From the IMG/VR virus record IMGVR_UViG_3300033149_001248, positions 1 through 60,850 of that record: a stretch of DNA of 60,850 nt; one strand, given 5' to 3'. Below are positions 35,347 to 45,590 of this stretch, one piece after another (within the stretch, counting starts at the first letter, position 1; each line of letters starts with the position of its first letter). The DNA comes from a virus (lineage: Duplodnaviria > Caudoviricetes). Below the pieces are notes generated by a model that was not told where the DNA came from, ran no database searches, and was given only the letters and a program-made list of their open reading frames with translations. A program made the position numbers and the translations under genes.

Positions 35347-36303
35347 TTAGCTCAGGGTGGCTGGGATACCAAGCAGGAAAAAGTTGTTCTCCTGGTAGTA
35401 TTCTACGTTGATGAAGTGAGGATTGTTGATGTCCGTTAGCGGCTTCCCCGTTCCGTCTAGTAGAATCGACTCAACGGGGTTGCCTTTGCGGTCCACGGCT
35501 TGAATAAAGTGGGCCGGGTTGTTGGGGTCGGGGTCGCTGCCGTTGATCTTGTCGAGGGTCCATTCGCCTGTTGACTCATCCCAATGCCCGTTTAGAACCT
35601 TGGAACCACGGTCGGCTATTAGTCGGTCATGACCCCCGTAACGTATCTCGAACTCATAGGTGATCTGGAAGTAAAAACTACAAGTCCCGTATAGCTTACG
35701 CTCCCAGGTTACGCGCGATAGACGCACGCACCGTTTCGGCAATCCCCACATAGGAACGGCGTTCACCGTATTATGCATCTGGGTGATTAGCGGTAGGTCG
35801 AGGGTTAGCTGATTGATTGTGATGGCTACTGTTGGGTAGCCCGTCTCAAACTCTAGCTCGGGGCCAGACAACCGCTCATGGCTGCTAGATAGGATCGGTT
35901 GTCCGTTGCGGTCGTATCCGGCCTCTTCAGAGTAGGTTACAAACTGGCCGGATATGCGTGGTGGTTCTAGCAGTGGGTTGGTGATAGCCTGGTTCTGGCA
36001 ACGATCATGCCTCGGGGGTCGGGTCGTAAAGTACTGGGTAACGATCCAGTACCGCCCTGGCGCTCCCGCCCGATAATGGGGGTCTCGTTCAACGTCTAGA
36101 CGGGCTTGGCACCATGCCCAGGTGTCAGCATCGCCCTCTACAACCCAAGCAGCCCCTACGGGGTATAACCCCGTAGCATTCATCACGGCCGCGGGGCCTT
36201 CGCTTTCTGAGGAACGTACACGGAAACGTACCTCATAAAGCCGGTGGCCCTCATCGTCGATTCGGCCTTTCCAACCAATTGGTCCGCCAATCACTGTAGC
36301 CAT
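35347..36303 (-). CDS. Putative distal tail/hub protein
   Basis: Immediately downstream of the tape measure gene. Confidence 0.5.
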   Translation of the reverse strand: MATVIGGPIGWKGRIDDEGHRLYEVRFRVRSSESEGPAAVMNATGLYPVGAAWVVEGDADTWAWCQARLDVERDPHYRAGAPGRYWIVTQYFTTRPPRHDRCQNQAITNPLLEPPRISGQFVTYSEEAGYDRNGQPILSSSHERLSGPELEFETGYPTVAITINQLTLDLPLITQMHNTVNAVPMWGLPKRCVRLSRVTWERKLYGTCSFYFQITYEFEIRYGGHDRLIADRGSKVLNGHWDESTGEWTLDKINGSDPDPNNPAHFIQAVDRKGNPVESILLDGTGKPLTDINNPHFINVEYYQENNFFLLGIPATLS

Positions 36304-36305
36304 GG

Positions 36306-38771
36306 TTAGATTCCCGCTTCATCTACGTTGCCGAGTTTCTGATCGATCTCACCTAGTATGTTTGCTAGTCGGTCAACTCCCCTAGCAAACGCATTGCTGA
36401 TAGCGGCTAGCCCTCGGCCCACGCCTTGACCGAGACCAGCAGCTACGGCTTGGGAGGTAGGCATAGGGGCGGCGACTTCGATGGGTTGTTTAGGAGCTAC
36501 TGGCGCTCGATAGACGTAGGCTTGTTGGGCTAGTAGGGCGCTGAGTAGCTTTGCCGAACCCGCTCCTAAGGCCTCAATCTCCTTAGGTGGTAGGATAATG
36601 GGTTGAATACGGGTTTCCTGAACGGGGGGTACAATAGGCCGGGCGCGGAAGTAGTCTTTCAACCGTTCCCAGGCAGTCATCGCCCCCTTAAACAGCCAAC
36701 GCAGAAAGTCCTCTGCTTCGCGGCGCCGGTGCTGACGCACTAGGTCGCTCCAAAGCCGGGTGATCAACTTGTTACGTTCCCGCACTAAGTCCTCTACCCC
36801 TTCGCCGATAGCGTCTAGCTGGGTCTGGAGAGACTGTTCGATCTGGGCTAGGTCTTTCTGCTGCTGGGAAGCTATGGCGTCTAGGTTCTTCCGGTGTTGG
36901 TCCTGGAGAGACTTGGAAAATGCGCTTTGGGAATTGAGCAGTCGCTGTAGCTGCTTGATAGTATCGTTGGTGATACTGTCCCCTATAATCGGAACCTGTC
37001 TGAGGGCCTGAACGACTTGAATAAACGCCCGGATAGCGGCGCGGCGCAGGGCGTCGAAGGCTTTGGCGAATTGACTGACTACCCAATATCGCACGTCCTC
37101 CAGCGCCGTTTTCAACCCGGCTACTAGGTTTGTCCAAGACCGGGCGGCGCTAGCTTGAAGCCGGGCTAGTCCCGAGCGGACCCAACCCAAGAACTTAATG
37201 AGTAGTACCTGGGCGCTTAGTAAGACTAGACGCATGGCGGCTCGTAAGTCACCGGCTTGAATAGCCAAGGCGATACCCCGCCAAGTGGTACGAAACTCTC
37301 GCACCAGGGTTTCCCAGCCTTGCCTGAACTGCTCTAGGGCAGCGTCTAGTAGCCCTAGCTTTGCTCCTACCACGGCAGCGGTTCCCCCGATAGCCGCAGC
37401 TATCAGCCCTGGTACCGAAGTCAGGAACGACACCAGGGAAGCTAGCCCGCTAGTTAGTGCTATTACGGCCGGAACCACCACGGTTCCTACTACGCTGGCT
37501 AGACTACCTAGTAAGACCAACACTGGCCCAGCCGCAGCCGTTAGACCAGCGAGCACTAAGACTAGCTCTTGTCCCTGAGGGGATAAACGGTCCCACCAGT
37601 CTATTACCCGGTTGGTAACCGAGCGCAACCGATCCATCACTCGAACCATTACGGGACCGATACGCTGACCAATAGTCACTAGTATTGACTTTAACCGGCT
37701 CCACACCTGTGAAGCAGCGAAGGCTACGGTGCCGTGTAAAGCCTCGAAGGCTCGTTGGGTACTGTTGGCTGAATTACGGACACCTTCCATAACGGAACGA
37801 ACGGTGTCGGCGTCTTGAGCTAGAACGTTCATGACGCCTCGCAAGGCTCGGACGTTAGGAACGATCTGGGCTAGCGCTTCCTCGTTGTCTCCGAACCGTT
37901 CGTCAAGCAACCGGATAACGTCGAGTAACCCGCCGGGTTGGGCCGCAATATTGCGCAATTCCTGGAAGCTCAAGCCAACTTGGCTTAGGATTCGACGGGC
38001 GGCTGCGCTCGGTTTCTGGAGCGTCATAAGGATAGCTTGAACGCTGACAGCCGCTTCGGCCGCGTCCATACCCGTGCGGCTCATAACGGCCATCGTTCCG
38101 GCTACGTCCTCAAAGTCAACGTTCAACGCTGCGGCCATAGGCAATAGTCTGCCGATAACCCCGGCTAGGCTATCAGCCTCTAGCTTGCCTTCGCGCACTG
38201 TAGCCACGAGAATATCCGTAGCCCGGGCTGCCGTCATCCCGACTTTGGCATAGGCATTCATAGCTGACGTAACAGCGTCGGCTACAACCATTGTTTCACC
38301 CAGACCACCGACGCTAGCCTTAGCCGAGGCGGTTAGAGCGTCGATTGCTCTAGACCCCCGCAACCCAGCTGACGTGATGAAGAATAGTGCGTTGGCTAGC
38401 TCCTGGGGGGAACGGCCTAGAGCGGGGGCCATAGCTACTAGGTCTTTCTTCCACTGATCGACTTGGCGTTGAGAGACCCCAACTAAGCCAACGATCTTTT
38501 GCATCGAAGCCTCGAAGTCGGCCCCCATCTTCACGGCCGCTCCCCCGGCCGCTGCTAGGGGAAGCGTGACCCGGGTTGTAAGCCAACGACCGCCTTGTTG
38601 CAGGGCGCGACCGGCGGCTAGCATACTACCCTTGATAGCCTCCATCTGGCGGGCGGCTCGGCGGATAGCTGCGGCAGCCCGGTTGGCTTGGTGTTGAGCC
38701 TGGCGAAGCATGTGCTGATAGCTGGCGGAGTCGCCGACTAGCCGAACAACAAGTCTAAGCACTTCATCCAT
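36306..38771 (-). CDS. Tape measure protein (TP901-like)
   Basis: VTLPLAAAGGAAVKMGADFEASM; Ala-rich helical sequence with hydrophobic segment. Confidence 0.92.
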   Translation of the reverse strand: MDEVLRLVVRLVGDSASYQHMLRQAQHQANRAAAAIRRAARQMEAIKGSMLAAGRALQQGGRWLTTRVTLPLAAAGGAAVKMGADFEASMQKIVGLVGVSQRQVDQWKKDLVAMAPALGRSPQELANALFFITSAGLRGSRAIDALTASAKASVGGLGETMVVADAVTSAMNAYAKVGMTAARATDILVATVREGKLEADSLAGVIGRLLPMAAALNVDFEDVAGTMAVMSRTGMDAAEAAVSVQAILMTLQKPSAAARRILSQVGLSFQELRNIAAQPGGLLDVIRLLDERFGDNEEALAQIVPNVRALRGVMNVLAQDADTVRSVMEGVRNSANSTQRAFEALHGTVAFAASQVWSRLKSILVTIGQRIGPVMVRVMDRLRSVTNRVIDWWDRLSPQGQELVLVLAGLTAAAGPVLVLLGSLASVVGTVVVPAVIALTSGLASLVSFLTSVPGLIAAAIGGTAAVVGAKLGLLDAALEQFRQGWETLVREFRTTWRGIALAIQAGDLRAAMRLVLLSAQVLLIKFLGWVRSGLARLQASAARSWTNLVAGLKTALEDVRYWVVSQFAKAFDALRRAAIRAFIQVVQALRQVPIIGDSITNDTIKQLQRLLNSQSAFSKSLQDQHRKNLDAIASQQQKDLAQIEQSLQTQLDAIGEGVEDLVRERNKLITRLWSDLVRQHRRREAEDFLRWLFKGAMTAWERLKDYFRARPIVPPVQETRIQPIILPPKEIEALGAGSAKLLSALLAQQAYVYRAPVAPKQPIEVAAPMPTSQAVAAGLGQGVGRGLAAISNAFARGVDRLANILGEIDQKLGNVDEAGI

Positions 38772-39066
38772 CGGAACGCTCCGGGGTTATGCGCCTGATC
38801 GTAATAGCTTTCGGCCCTCCAAGACACCTAATCCAGCACTGCTTCGACTCATCGACGCTCCGGGGCTTGGAGGATTCGGTGCGGAAGCGTAGTAGGTATT
38901 GATCCAGAGGTCGAAGTTTTCCGGTGCGAAGACCATCCGTCAGCTGACATAACTGCATAAGGTAGTAGTCGCTCCGTTCGGGAACCTCCAGCCGACAACG
39001 GAACCAGCGACGCCATAATTGAAACTCCCGGTGGGAAACCCGTTGCTGGCATTCGGCTAACGGCAT
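38764..39066 (-). CDS. Tail assembly chaperone frameshift extension (gpGT-like)
   Basis: Reached by -1 shift from the 39102-39479 ORF. Confidence 0.7.
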   Translation of the reverse strand: MPLAECQQRVSHREFQLWRRWFRCRLEVPERSDYYLMQLCQLTDGLRTGKLRPLDQYLLRFRTESSKPRSVDESKQCWIRCLGGPKAITIRRITPERSDG

Positions 39067-39101
39067 GCCCAGGGTAGCCGCTAGCCGAAGCCAGTCATAG
39101 G

Positions 39102-39479
39102 TTATTGGGTCAAAGGGTCCGCCGTCTCCTGGTCAATCAGGTCTTCGCTCGGAACGGATACCTGGCTGATCTCGGCGGCTTTCTGGTACAAGTCGCGCAC
39201 GACTCGATAGGGCCAGCCCTGAATTGTTTCCAGGGGTACGTTTTCGCCTTTGTCGTTGAACAAGCAGAGGCTTACGAGCAGAGCCTCGATATGATCGACC
39301 TGTTGAAACCCTACAACCTTCGGGGTTCCGGTGGTGGGGTCGGTAGCGATCTTGAGACCCTTCATGACGGCGTTTCGCCACTGGGTAGCGGCCCAACCGC
39401 TCGCTTCCCGAAGCGTGTAGTTGTGGCCGTCGATAGTGACGGGAATCTCCTGCGGCTTCGTGTCGAACGAAAGACTCAT
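39102..39479 (-). CDS. Tail assembly chaperone (gpG-like)
   Basis: Between tail tube and tape measure. Confidence 0.75.
   Translation of the reverse strand: MSLSFDTKPQEIPVTIDGHNYTLREASGWAATQWRNAVMKGLKIATDPTTGTPKVVGFQQVDHIEALLVSLCLFNDKGENVPLETIQGWPYRVVRDLYQKAAEISQVSVPSEDLIDQETADPLTQ
39111..39117 (-). other. -1 frameshift slippery site C CCT TTG
   Basis: In-frame X XXY YYZ; the -1 frame is open into the 38764 ORF. Confidence 0.7.
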
Positions 39480-39575
39480 ACTCCACTCCTTGTGCTAGAG
39501 GTAGTTAGGGGGTCGAGGGCTAGATGCTCTGCGCCTGTGGCCGGTCTAGAGCGTCTAGCCCCCTAAAATCCAGGG

Positions 39576-40061
39576 TTAGGTTCCGGCTACCTCGGTCAAC
39601 ACCGGCCCGGATTCCTCATCGTTGGCATCGTCATAGTTGGTTGGTACGATGGTTAGCGTCACTTCGGGGGCGGTTCCCCGCTCGTGCGAACCCGGTTCGA
39701 TACTTCGCAAGTAGCCCCAAAACGCCAGCGTCGATCCGTCCGGGAAGTGAATGGTGATCTCGGTGTTGACGTTGACTAGTTGGGCGGTAATCGCTGCCAA
39801 GTCATAGAGGTTCGGGTCATACAGGGCGGTAACCTGAAACTCGCCCAGGTCTAGCAGCGATTGGGGACCACGGGTCACCCAAGCCGAATTGTGCATAGTA
39901 GTCAAGTCAATCGGATCGCCACCATCGACCGCAGGCGGAGTCACGGTCTTTTCCCAAAAGCAAATATCCGGGTCGGTTTTGAAGGCAATCTTGGTAGGGT
40001 ATCCGTCCTGGAGAGGGATACCCGAGGGGGCGCTTCGGACGGTGTCGCTAGGTGCAGTCAT
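39576..40061 (-). CDS. Major tail tube protein
   Basis: IDLTTM...DLGEFQVT..YDP...FPDGSTLAFWGY. Confidence 0.8.
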   Translation of the reverse strand: MTAPSDTVRSAPSGIPLQDGYPTKIAFKTDPDICFWEKTVTPPAVDGGDPIDLTTMHNSAWVTRGPQSLLDLGEFQVTALYDPNLYDLAAITAQLVNVNTEITIHFPDGSTLAFWGYLRSIEPGSHERGTAPEVTLTIVPTNYDDANDEESGPVLTEVAGT

Positions 40062-40085
40062 CGTTTGTCTCCTGCTTATCTAGGG

Positions 40086-40520
40086 TTAGGTTGAGGCTAC
40101 TTTGGCGTTTAGGGTGAACAAGTTTCGGGCAGCGCCGCGCTGCTCCCTTCCTAGGTACAATATACCCGTTGTCCGGGTAGCGGCATATATCAAATACGAT
40201 TCGGATTCGCTAAGGGATACGGTCCGAAGGTCTAGGGCGTCCAGGGCATCGGCTATCGCGCGCGCTTTCGTCCAACCGTCTAGGTAGGCGGCCGACCGAA
40301 CCCGAATCTGGACGGTGGGCTGCTCGACGGCCCGACCGTCCGGTTGCCGGAACCCTTGAAGAGCGCTACCCGTATCATATACTGTGATACAATCATCCGG
40401 GTCATCCGGTTCATAACCGCAATACACAGGCCACTCGCTCCCGACCGTCGGGTCGGTCGCTAGGTTCAAGTCGATCAGCAGTTGCTGAACGATTCCGGCA
40501 GTGCTTGTGGCTTGACTCAT
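40086..40520 (-). CDS. Tail terminator-like protein
   Basis: PDDCITVYDTG...PTVQIRVRS. Confidence 0.7.
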   Translation of the reverse strand: MSQATSTAGIVQQLLIDLNLATDPTVGSEWPVYCGYEPDDPDDCITVYDTGSALQGFRQPDGRAVEQPTVQIRVRSAAYLDGWTKARAIADALDALDLRTVSLSESESYLIYAATRTTGILYLGREQRGAARNLFTLNAKVAST

Positions 40521-40867
40521 AGCTTTCTGGTGGTTGCGCTTGCTCGAAGCGTACCCGTGTCAACGGGTACCCGTTTCTGGGATTCGCGTTGAATCCGTAG
40601 CCCGGCCCGGAGTAGGGCTTGTTCCAGGGTTCGACCTAGCCGAAGGTCTTGTTTAACCAGGTCGGATAACTCCCCGCTATCGGATAATTCCCGAGCGGGT
40701 CGTTCCAGAAACTTCGCTTCCCCTACTACGTGACGGGCTTTGAGGTTCTCGTGGACATAGATTGCGTAGTTGGTTCCGTAGCCGACTACTACCGATGGTG
40801 ATCCGGCTACTTGGTCGAGTAGTCGGCGGAGTCGCTGATTCAATCGTTTAAGGCCGATAATCTCCAT
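40517..40867 (-). CDS. HK97 gp10-like neck/tail completion protein
   Basis: NYAIYVHE, AKFLERP, VPVDTGTLRAS. Confidence 0.75.
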   Translation of the reverse strand: MEIIGLKRLNQRLRRLLDQVAGSPSVVVGYGTNYAIYVHENLKARHVVGEAKFLERPARELSDSGELSDLVKQDLRLGRTLEQALLRAGLRIQRESQKRVPVDTGTLRASATTRKL

Positions 40868-40869
40868 AG

Positions 40870-41214
40870 CTAGCTTGTCTCCTGTACGTCGATTCTGAGG
40901 TGACCCTTCCGAACGGGAAACGTTTCCCGGTCCGTACCTTCGATCACGATAAAGTAGGCATAATATAGCCCCGCTGTATCAACGTCGGCGGATTGGAACT
41001 GGTACTGGACCTGCCCCTGGGAAGCGTTAGTGATCGTGACGTTATCTTCGGTTTCGGCTACCTTAGTTGTACCATCGGGGGCAACCATCTTGAACTTCAC
41101 CGTGATCCCCGTACCCGAGAGGTCAACCACTGACCCGTCGGGCCGTACTAGGGTGGCAGTCAACGGTGTTCGAGTATCGCCGACTTGTAGGTAATGCGTC
41201 TGTGGGGTACTCAT
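40870..41214 (-). CDS. BppU N-terminal-like virion protein
   Basis: GDT..L...VDLSG...GQVQYQF..ADVDTAG.Y...TFP. Confidence 0.65.
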   Translation of the reverse strand: MSTPQTHYLQVGDTRTPLTATLVRPDGSVVDLSGTGITVKFKMVAPDGTTKVAETEDNVTITNASQGQVQYQFQSADVDTAGLYYAYFIVIEGTDRETFPVRKGHLRIDVQETS

Positions 41215-41217
41215 GGC

Positions 41218-41388
41218 TTAGTCCGTTTCGTGCTCGTCTTGTTGAGGCCCGACTAGGCTATAAGCCATAGCCGCGATGCCCTCTAGCTCGTAGGGGTTTT
41301 CGTCTGTTCCAACTAATAGTCGCTGGCTTTCGGGTTCTATCCCTGGCCAGTGAAGGATCCAGCTAAGTAGGTCGATCCAACCGCTCAT
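41218..41388 (-). CDS. 56-aa hypothetical protein (below track cutoff)
   Basis: ATG directly follows the upstream stop; fills the gap. Confidence 0.45.
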   Translation of the reverse strand: MSGWIDLLSWILHWPGIEPESQRLLVGTDENPYELEGIAAMAYSLVGPQQDEHETD

Positions 41389-43389
41389 CTAGCTGACTCC
41401 CGTGATCGGCTTAGCGTTAGCGCGGGTTGTGACGGTCTTTTCTACTAGCGTGGTTCCGTCCGTTTTGCGAATCGTCCAGGTGGTTCCGTTGATAGACGAT
41501 TCCAACCCGGCCATAACCAGAGTGCAAAGGCTGTGCTCGGGGGCGCTGTTCTCTACATCGCTCATGTCGGTAGTGAATACGAGACTTGGAACCTCCGAAA
41601 CGGCCGCATCTAGGTTCCCGATATTGTTTGCTAAAGCCGTGGCCACTTCGTCATCCCCGGTGATCTTTTGAACGTCCGCCTGGACGGAACCCGTATCATC
41701 CGTTACGATCTTATAGGCGGGGTTGACTAAAACGTAGCTTCCGGGGTCTTCCCCGTCACCGTATCCCGAAACCTGAACGGCTATATCGTTTCCGGCTATA
41801 TCTCGCAGCAACCCGTCTTCCAGAACTAGGTCATAGACCCCACCGATTGCGTATATACCATAAGTGGAACCGCCGCAAACGAAACCGGCTCCGGCCAACG
41901 AGGAAAACGTAACTGCATCCCCGGTCGGGTTACTGATGGTTAGGCTCCGAGCGGAAAGGTCAACGTTGTCGCTCGCCCCTTGTCCGGTAAACACGCTCTT
42001 TACGTTGTCCGCAGCCATATCACTTCCGCTAATCAAGACCGTATCGGCTAAGGCGTAGCCGCTGGAATCGGTCTGAAGCGGGTTATCGGGGTTGGCTAGA
42101 ATCCTTTGGGCTATATCGGCAGCGTTACAGACCGACGTATAAGTGACATACGCCTGGTCGATATACAGCGTTGTGCCGTCGAGTAGGCTATCCCCATAAA
42201 ACCGAATCCGAATTAGGTTCGTTCCGTCTTGCCGGTGTCGAGGGAACAACGGGATGACGATGACCGAATCATCGGTAGGGTCGCTGTTTGCTACCCCGGT
42301 GAATCCGCCGTTCGGCGGGACAATCGTATCCCACGAATCGGCTTCCCAGTTACGCACCTGAATAGTAACGCTATCGCGGCCCCCTGGTTGGCTGCCTTCG
42401 TGGAGTCGGCCCTTGACGTGGAAGGCAACCGGGACATAGACGCCTCCTAGGTCGAAGTCATACTGGACGTCAATCACGTTAGGGGTAGCGGTTCCCGTAC
42501 TTACTGCGGCGGTAACGCTGTGGTAGGTTCCATCTAGGGTGTGCGTATTAGCAAAGTCTCCACCTTCGCTTCCATCGACAATCGTATAGTCACTGGCGAC
42601 CATACCGACGCTAGCCGACGCCACCCCGATGTCGTAAACGGCTTTTAGAACGTCATCCACGGATGCATCGAGGTACACTAGCCTATCTGCATAAGCCTCT
42701 AACGTATCGGCCGTGGTAGCGCTTCCGCTGATCTGGGTGGAGTTTACGGGCACTAGGTCTCCACTACTAGTCTCAATCGTACCCGTACCACCGAGAACAA
42801 GGTCAGCCCTACCCGCAACCCCGCCTACGCCTTGTAGCCAGACGGCGGGGCCTTGGCTAGTCGATCTTGCTAGTAACCCGGCATCACGCCCTATACACTC
42901 CAGCGCGTTCCCTAGGTCGGATACCAGATACACGGCAACCCCAGTATCGTTATGAACCGTCAAAGACCGGATACTCAAGTCAACGTCGTCAGCTGCGCCC
43001 GTACCCGTAAAGACCGACTTGACGTTGCTAGCTGCCATGGGGGAAAGGGCTAGGCTTTTCACGTCCACTTGTCCGTCCAAAACGTCCGTGCCGGTCCAGA
43101 CTAGCGAACCCGCTTCAAAACCGGACAGGTCGGCTTCCTGAAGGACGGCTCCGCTAATACTGCCTACTAGCAACACGTAGGCCCCGGCCGAAACCGCTGA
43201 GGGGAACGTTCCTAGGTACACCCCCGTGTTACCAGTTTCGGTTAGAGCAATTTCATAATCTGACAGGTTGGCGGAGTTATACGCCTCGAAGGTCTCGGAC
43301 GTACTATTCCACCACTCGCCCTGATCGTTCAACAGGCAAGCCCGCATGGTCAGGCCGGATAGGTCTTTGACGATGATCTTGTTGCTCAT
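41389..43389 (-). CDS. Large acidic virion protein with internal duplication
   Basis: Two copies of MAAxNVKSVFTGxGAxDxVDLSxRSLT. Confidence 0.55.
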   Translation of the reverse strand: MSNKIIVKDLSGLTMRACLLNDQGEWWNSTSETFEAYNSANLSDYEIALTETGNTGVYLGTFPSAVSAGAYVLLVGSISGAVLQEADLSGFEAGSLVWTGTDVLDGQVDVKSLALSPMAASNVKSVFTGTGAADDVDLSIRSLTVHNDTGVAVYLVSDLGNALECIGRDAGLLARSTSQGPAVWLQGVGGVAGRADLVLGGTGTIETSSGDLVPVNSTQISGSATTADTLEAYADRLVYLDASVDDVLKAVYDIGVASASVGMVASDYTIVDGSEGGDFANTHTLDGTYHSVTAAVSTGTATPNVIDVQYDFDLGGVYVPVAFHVKGRLHEGSQPGGRDSVTIQVRNWEADSWDTIVPPNGGFTGVANSDPTDDSVIVIPLFPRHRQDGTNLIRIRFYGDSLLDGTTLYIDQAYVTYTSVCNAADIAQRILANPDNPLQTDSSGYALADTVLISGSDMAADNVKSVFTGQGASDNVDLSARSLTISNPTGDAVTFSSLAGAGFVCGGSTYGIYAIGGVYDLVLEDGLLRDIAGNDIAVQVSGYGDGEDPGSYVLVNPAYKIVTDDTGSVQADVQKITGDDEVATALANNIGNLDAAVSEVPSLVFTTDMSDVENSAPEHSLCTLVMAGLESSINGTTWTIRKTDGTTLVEKTVTTRANAKPITGVS

Positions 43390-45095
43390 GGTACAGGTCT
43401 GGGCGGAATCAGGAATACCTCGATCTTGGAATAGCCGCTGGACAGGCTGGCGTTGGCTTTAGCCACGGCGGTATCTCCGCTGCCCGCTTTACAGAGGGCC
43501 CCCCAACGGGAAGCGTTGGCGGTTTCGTCAGCGATACAGAGTAGGTCACCCCGGGTGACCGCCCCTAAGTCGGCATCTACGTAGCAGAGGGCTGGACCCA
43601 TGGTGCGGACATATCCCCCGTAGCCGTTAGCTAGATACGCTTGATTGACTCCTAGGTAGCCGGGATCGTTTTTCTGGTTGGGAAGCCGAACCTCGTTGAC
43701 ACGTGTGCCCCCAGTGTTTGCGCAGAGGGCATTGCCGCTGCCCAGGGTAGCCCCCGTGCTGTTCCATGCCGGAACGGATTCGATGCGCAGGGCGTTCTCC
43801 GGGTAGGTGCGGTAGTAGCCCCGCAGGTCCACGGTGGCCCCGACTAGTTTGCTATGGTTTGTGCCGTCAACTAGCGGGGAAGTACTGCCCGATACCTGCC
43901 CGGTGATGCGCGGGTTATCCACTACTCCCATGCTGGGGGCGAAGTCGATGATAGGGCTGCCGGAGTGGGGGCGGAACTTCACGCCTTCCAGGATAGGACC
44001 GACACAGGCTTTGTCAGCAAACGGGCTAAAGCGTACGCAAGGGGCGTTAGCCGTAGATTCGATGAACCCGCCCTGTACAACCCCGCCCCAGTTGGCATAG
44101 CCGTGCATAATGAGCGCAGGCATGTTGTCCCGGTCGGTGTGAATCTCGCAATTGCTCCAGCATACGTAGCCGGAACGTGCCCCGCAGCCATAGGGGTCGT
44201 CGGATAGGTAATTGCGACCGTTCTGGGCCACCTTTACCCCGGTGATGAACCCGTGCCAGTCGGCCTGAATACCTACGTTGCAATCTTCAACCCAGGCGCC
44301 CCGCTGCTGGTAGCCCCAGCCGTAGGTTACTGCAATGCCGGTTCCTAGGAAGTACCGAGACTCTACGTCACGCACGTGTACGTCGAAGGCGGCCCCGTTG
44401 ACCAGCCCGGCATGTTCCCAGGAGTTAGCCGGAGTCTGGTTGGCGTAGTTGCCTTGTAGGCTAAGCTCATGAACGTGCTGGCCCCCCACGGCGTAGTCGC
44501 CCTCGGTAGTGGTGTGTAAGAGGATGCAGTTGGCTCCGGTCTGATGGCTGAGGATGGTATGAAGAGGCCCGGCCCCCTCTAGTGAAACCCAGGGTCGTAA
44601 CCGTAGGGAAGATTGGGGGCGTACCCAATTGACGTTATCGAAGCTGTAATAGCTGATGCTGAAAAGCTGAATTAGCGTTCCAGTCTCGGGAACGTCCATA
44701 ACCGCTACCCAACCGTGGCAACCATAGTATTCGAGGGTATTGCCGCTATGGTCTCCGCCCCGCAGGTACACTACGTCTCCGGCTTGGAACTTAGCCCGGT
44801 TAGCTTCGCTGCCTACGTCTAGCCAACACTTTCCCCCGCTACCTTCGCCCGTACCATAGAACTTGCCGGTTCCAGCTACACGTTCCGTATCCGAATGAGC
44901 ACCCAGTCGGAAGTTTCCCCCGGATAACCGCAGGCAACCCCGCCCGTTGTTCCATACGTAGTCGATGGCCTCCTGAAGAATCACATGGTCATCCGTTCCC
45001 GTACAACGCCAGTAGGCCCGCCGTTTCTCGGAAGATAGGGCGTCGGCAGCCGCTACAAACAGCCGATCCTGAGGCATGCGTTGAATAACGGGCAT
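43386..45095 (-). CDS. Tailspike/pectate-lyase-like beta-helix protein
   Basis: CTGTDDHVILQEAID...LSGGNF, SLEGAG; Gly-rich beta repeats. Confidence 0.65.
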   Translation of the reverse strand: MPVIQRMPQDRLFVAAADALSSEKRRAYWRCTGTDDHVILQEAIDYVWNNGRGCLRLSGGNFRLGAHSDTERVAGTGKFYGTGEGSGGKCWLDVGSEANRAKFQAGDVVYLRGGDHSGNTLEYYGCHGWVAVMDVPETGTLIQLFSISYYSFDNVNWVRPQSSLRLRPWVSLEGAGPLHTILSHQTGANCILLHTTTEGDYAVGGQHVHELSLQGNYANQTPANSWEHAGLVNGAAFDVHVRDVESRYFLGTGIAVTYGWGYQQRGAWVEDCNVGIQADWHGFITGVKVAQNGRNYLSDDPYGCGARSGYVCWSNCEIHTDRDNMPALIMHGYANWGGVVQGGFIESTANAPCVRFSPFADKACVGPILEGVKFRPHSGSPIIDFAPSMGVVDNPRITGQVSGSTSPLVDGTNHSKLVGATVDLRGYYRTYPENALRIESVPAWNSTGATLGSGNALCANTGGTRVNEVRLPNQKNDPGYLGVNQAYLANGYGGYVRTMGPALCYVDADLGAVTRGDLLCIADETANASRWGALCKAGSGDTAVAKANASLSSGYSKIEVFLIPPRPVP

Positions 45096-45129
45096 CTGTT
45101 TCTTCCCCTATTAGGCGACTAGGTTTTTG

Positions 45130-45483
45130 CTAGGGCCTCCATCCAAGCCACCAGGTTATCCCGGCTAGCGCTAAGCCGCTAACAACCCCGATAAGACTAC
45201 TAATCAAGTGCGAAACAGCCCACCAGTATCGACGGGCTATCCCGTTCGTTACCTGTTCGACCTTCATCATACGCCCCACCAACCCGTTTTCCATCCGGCC
45301 GTCGGTTCCGAAAACAGCGGTCTTTAGCGACTTGATATCCGTGCGGCAAGCCGGACACTGCGCTTTGATCACGGCTACGTCCTGCGCTACTTCGGCTAAC
45401 CGCTCCGATAGTTGGTCTAACTTATGGTCCTGCCCTTCCAATCGTTGTTGTATCGACTGAAGCAATCCGTTAGGGTCGGCCAT
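45130..45483 (-). CDS. Coiled-coil protein with C-terminal TM segment (holin-like)
   Basis: Heptad N-terminus; hydrophobic C-terminus. Confidence 0.45.
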   Translation of the reverse strand: MADPNGLLQSIQQRLEGQDHKLDQLSERLAEVAQDVAVIKAQCPACRTDIKSLKTAVFGTDGRMENGLVGRMMKVEQVTNGIARRYWWAVSHLISSLIGVVSGLALAGITWWLGWRP

Positions 45484-45590
45484 CTCATCTCCGTTTTCAG
45501 CTAGGGGAAAACCCCCGCCGGAGCAAAGCTAGGGGGCGTCGGTGGTACCAGGGGGAAGCGCTCCGGCAGGGGTCGGTCCTAAGGGGTTAG

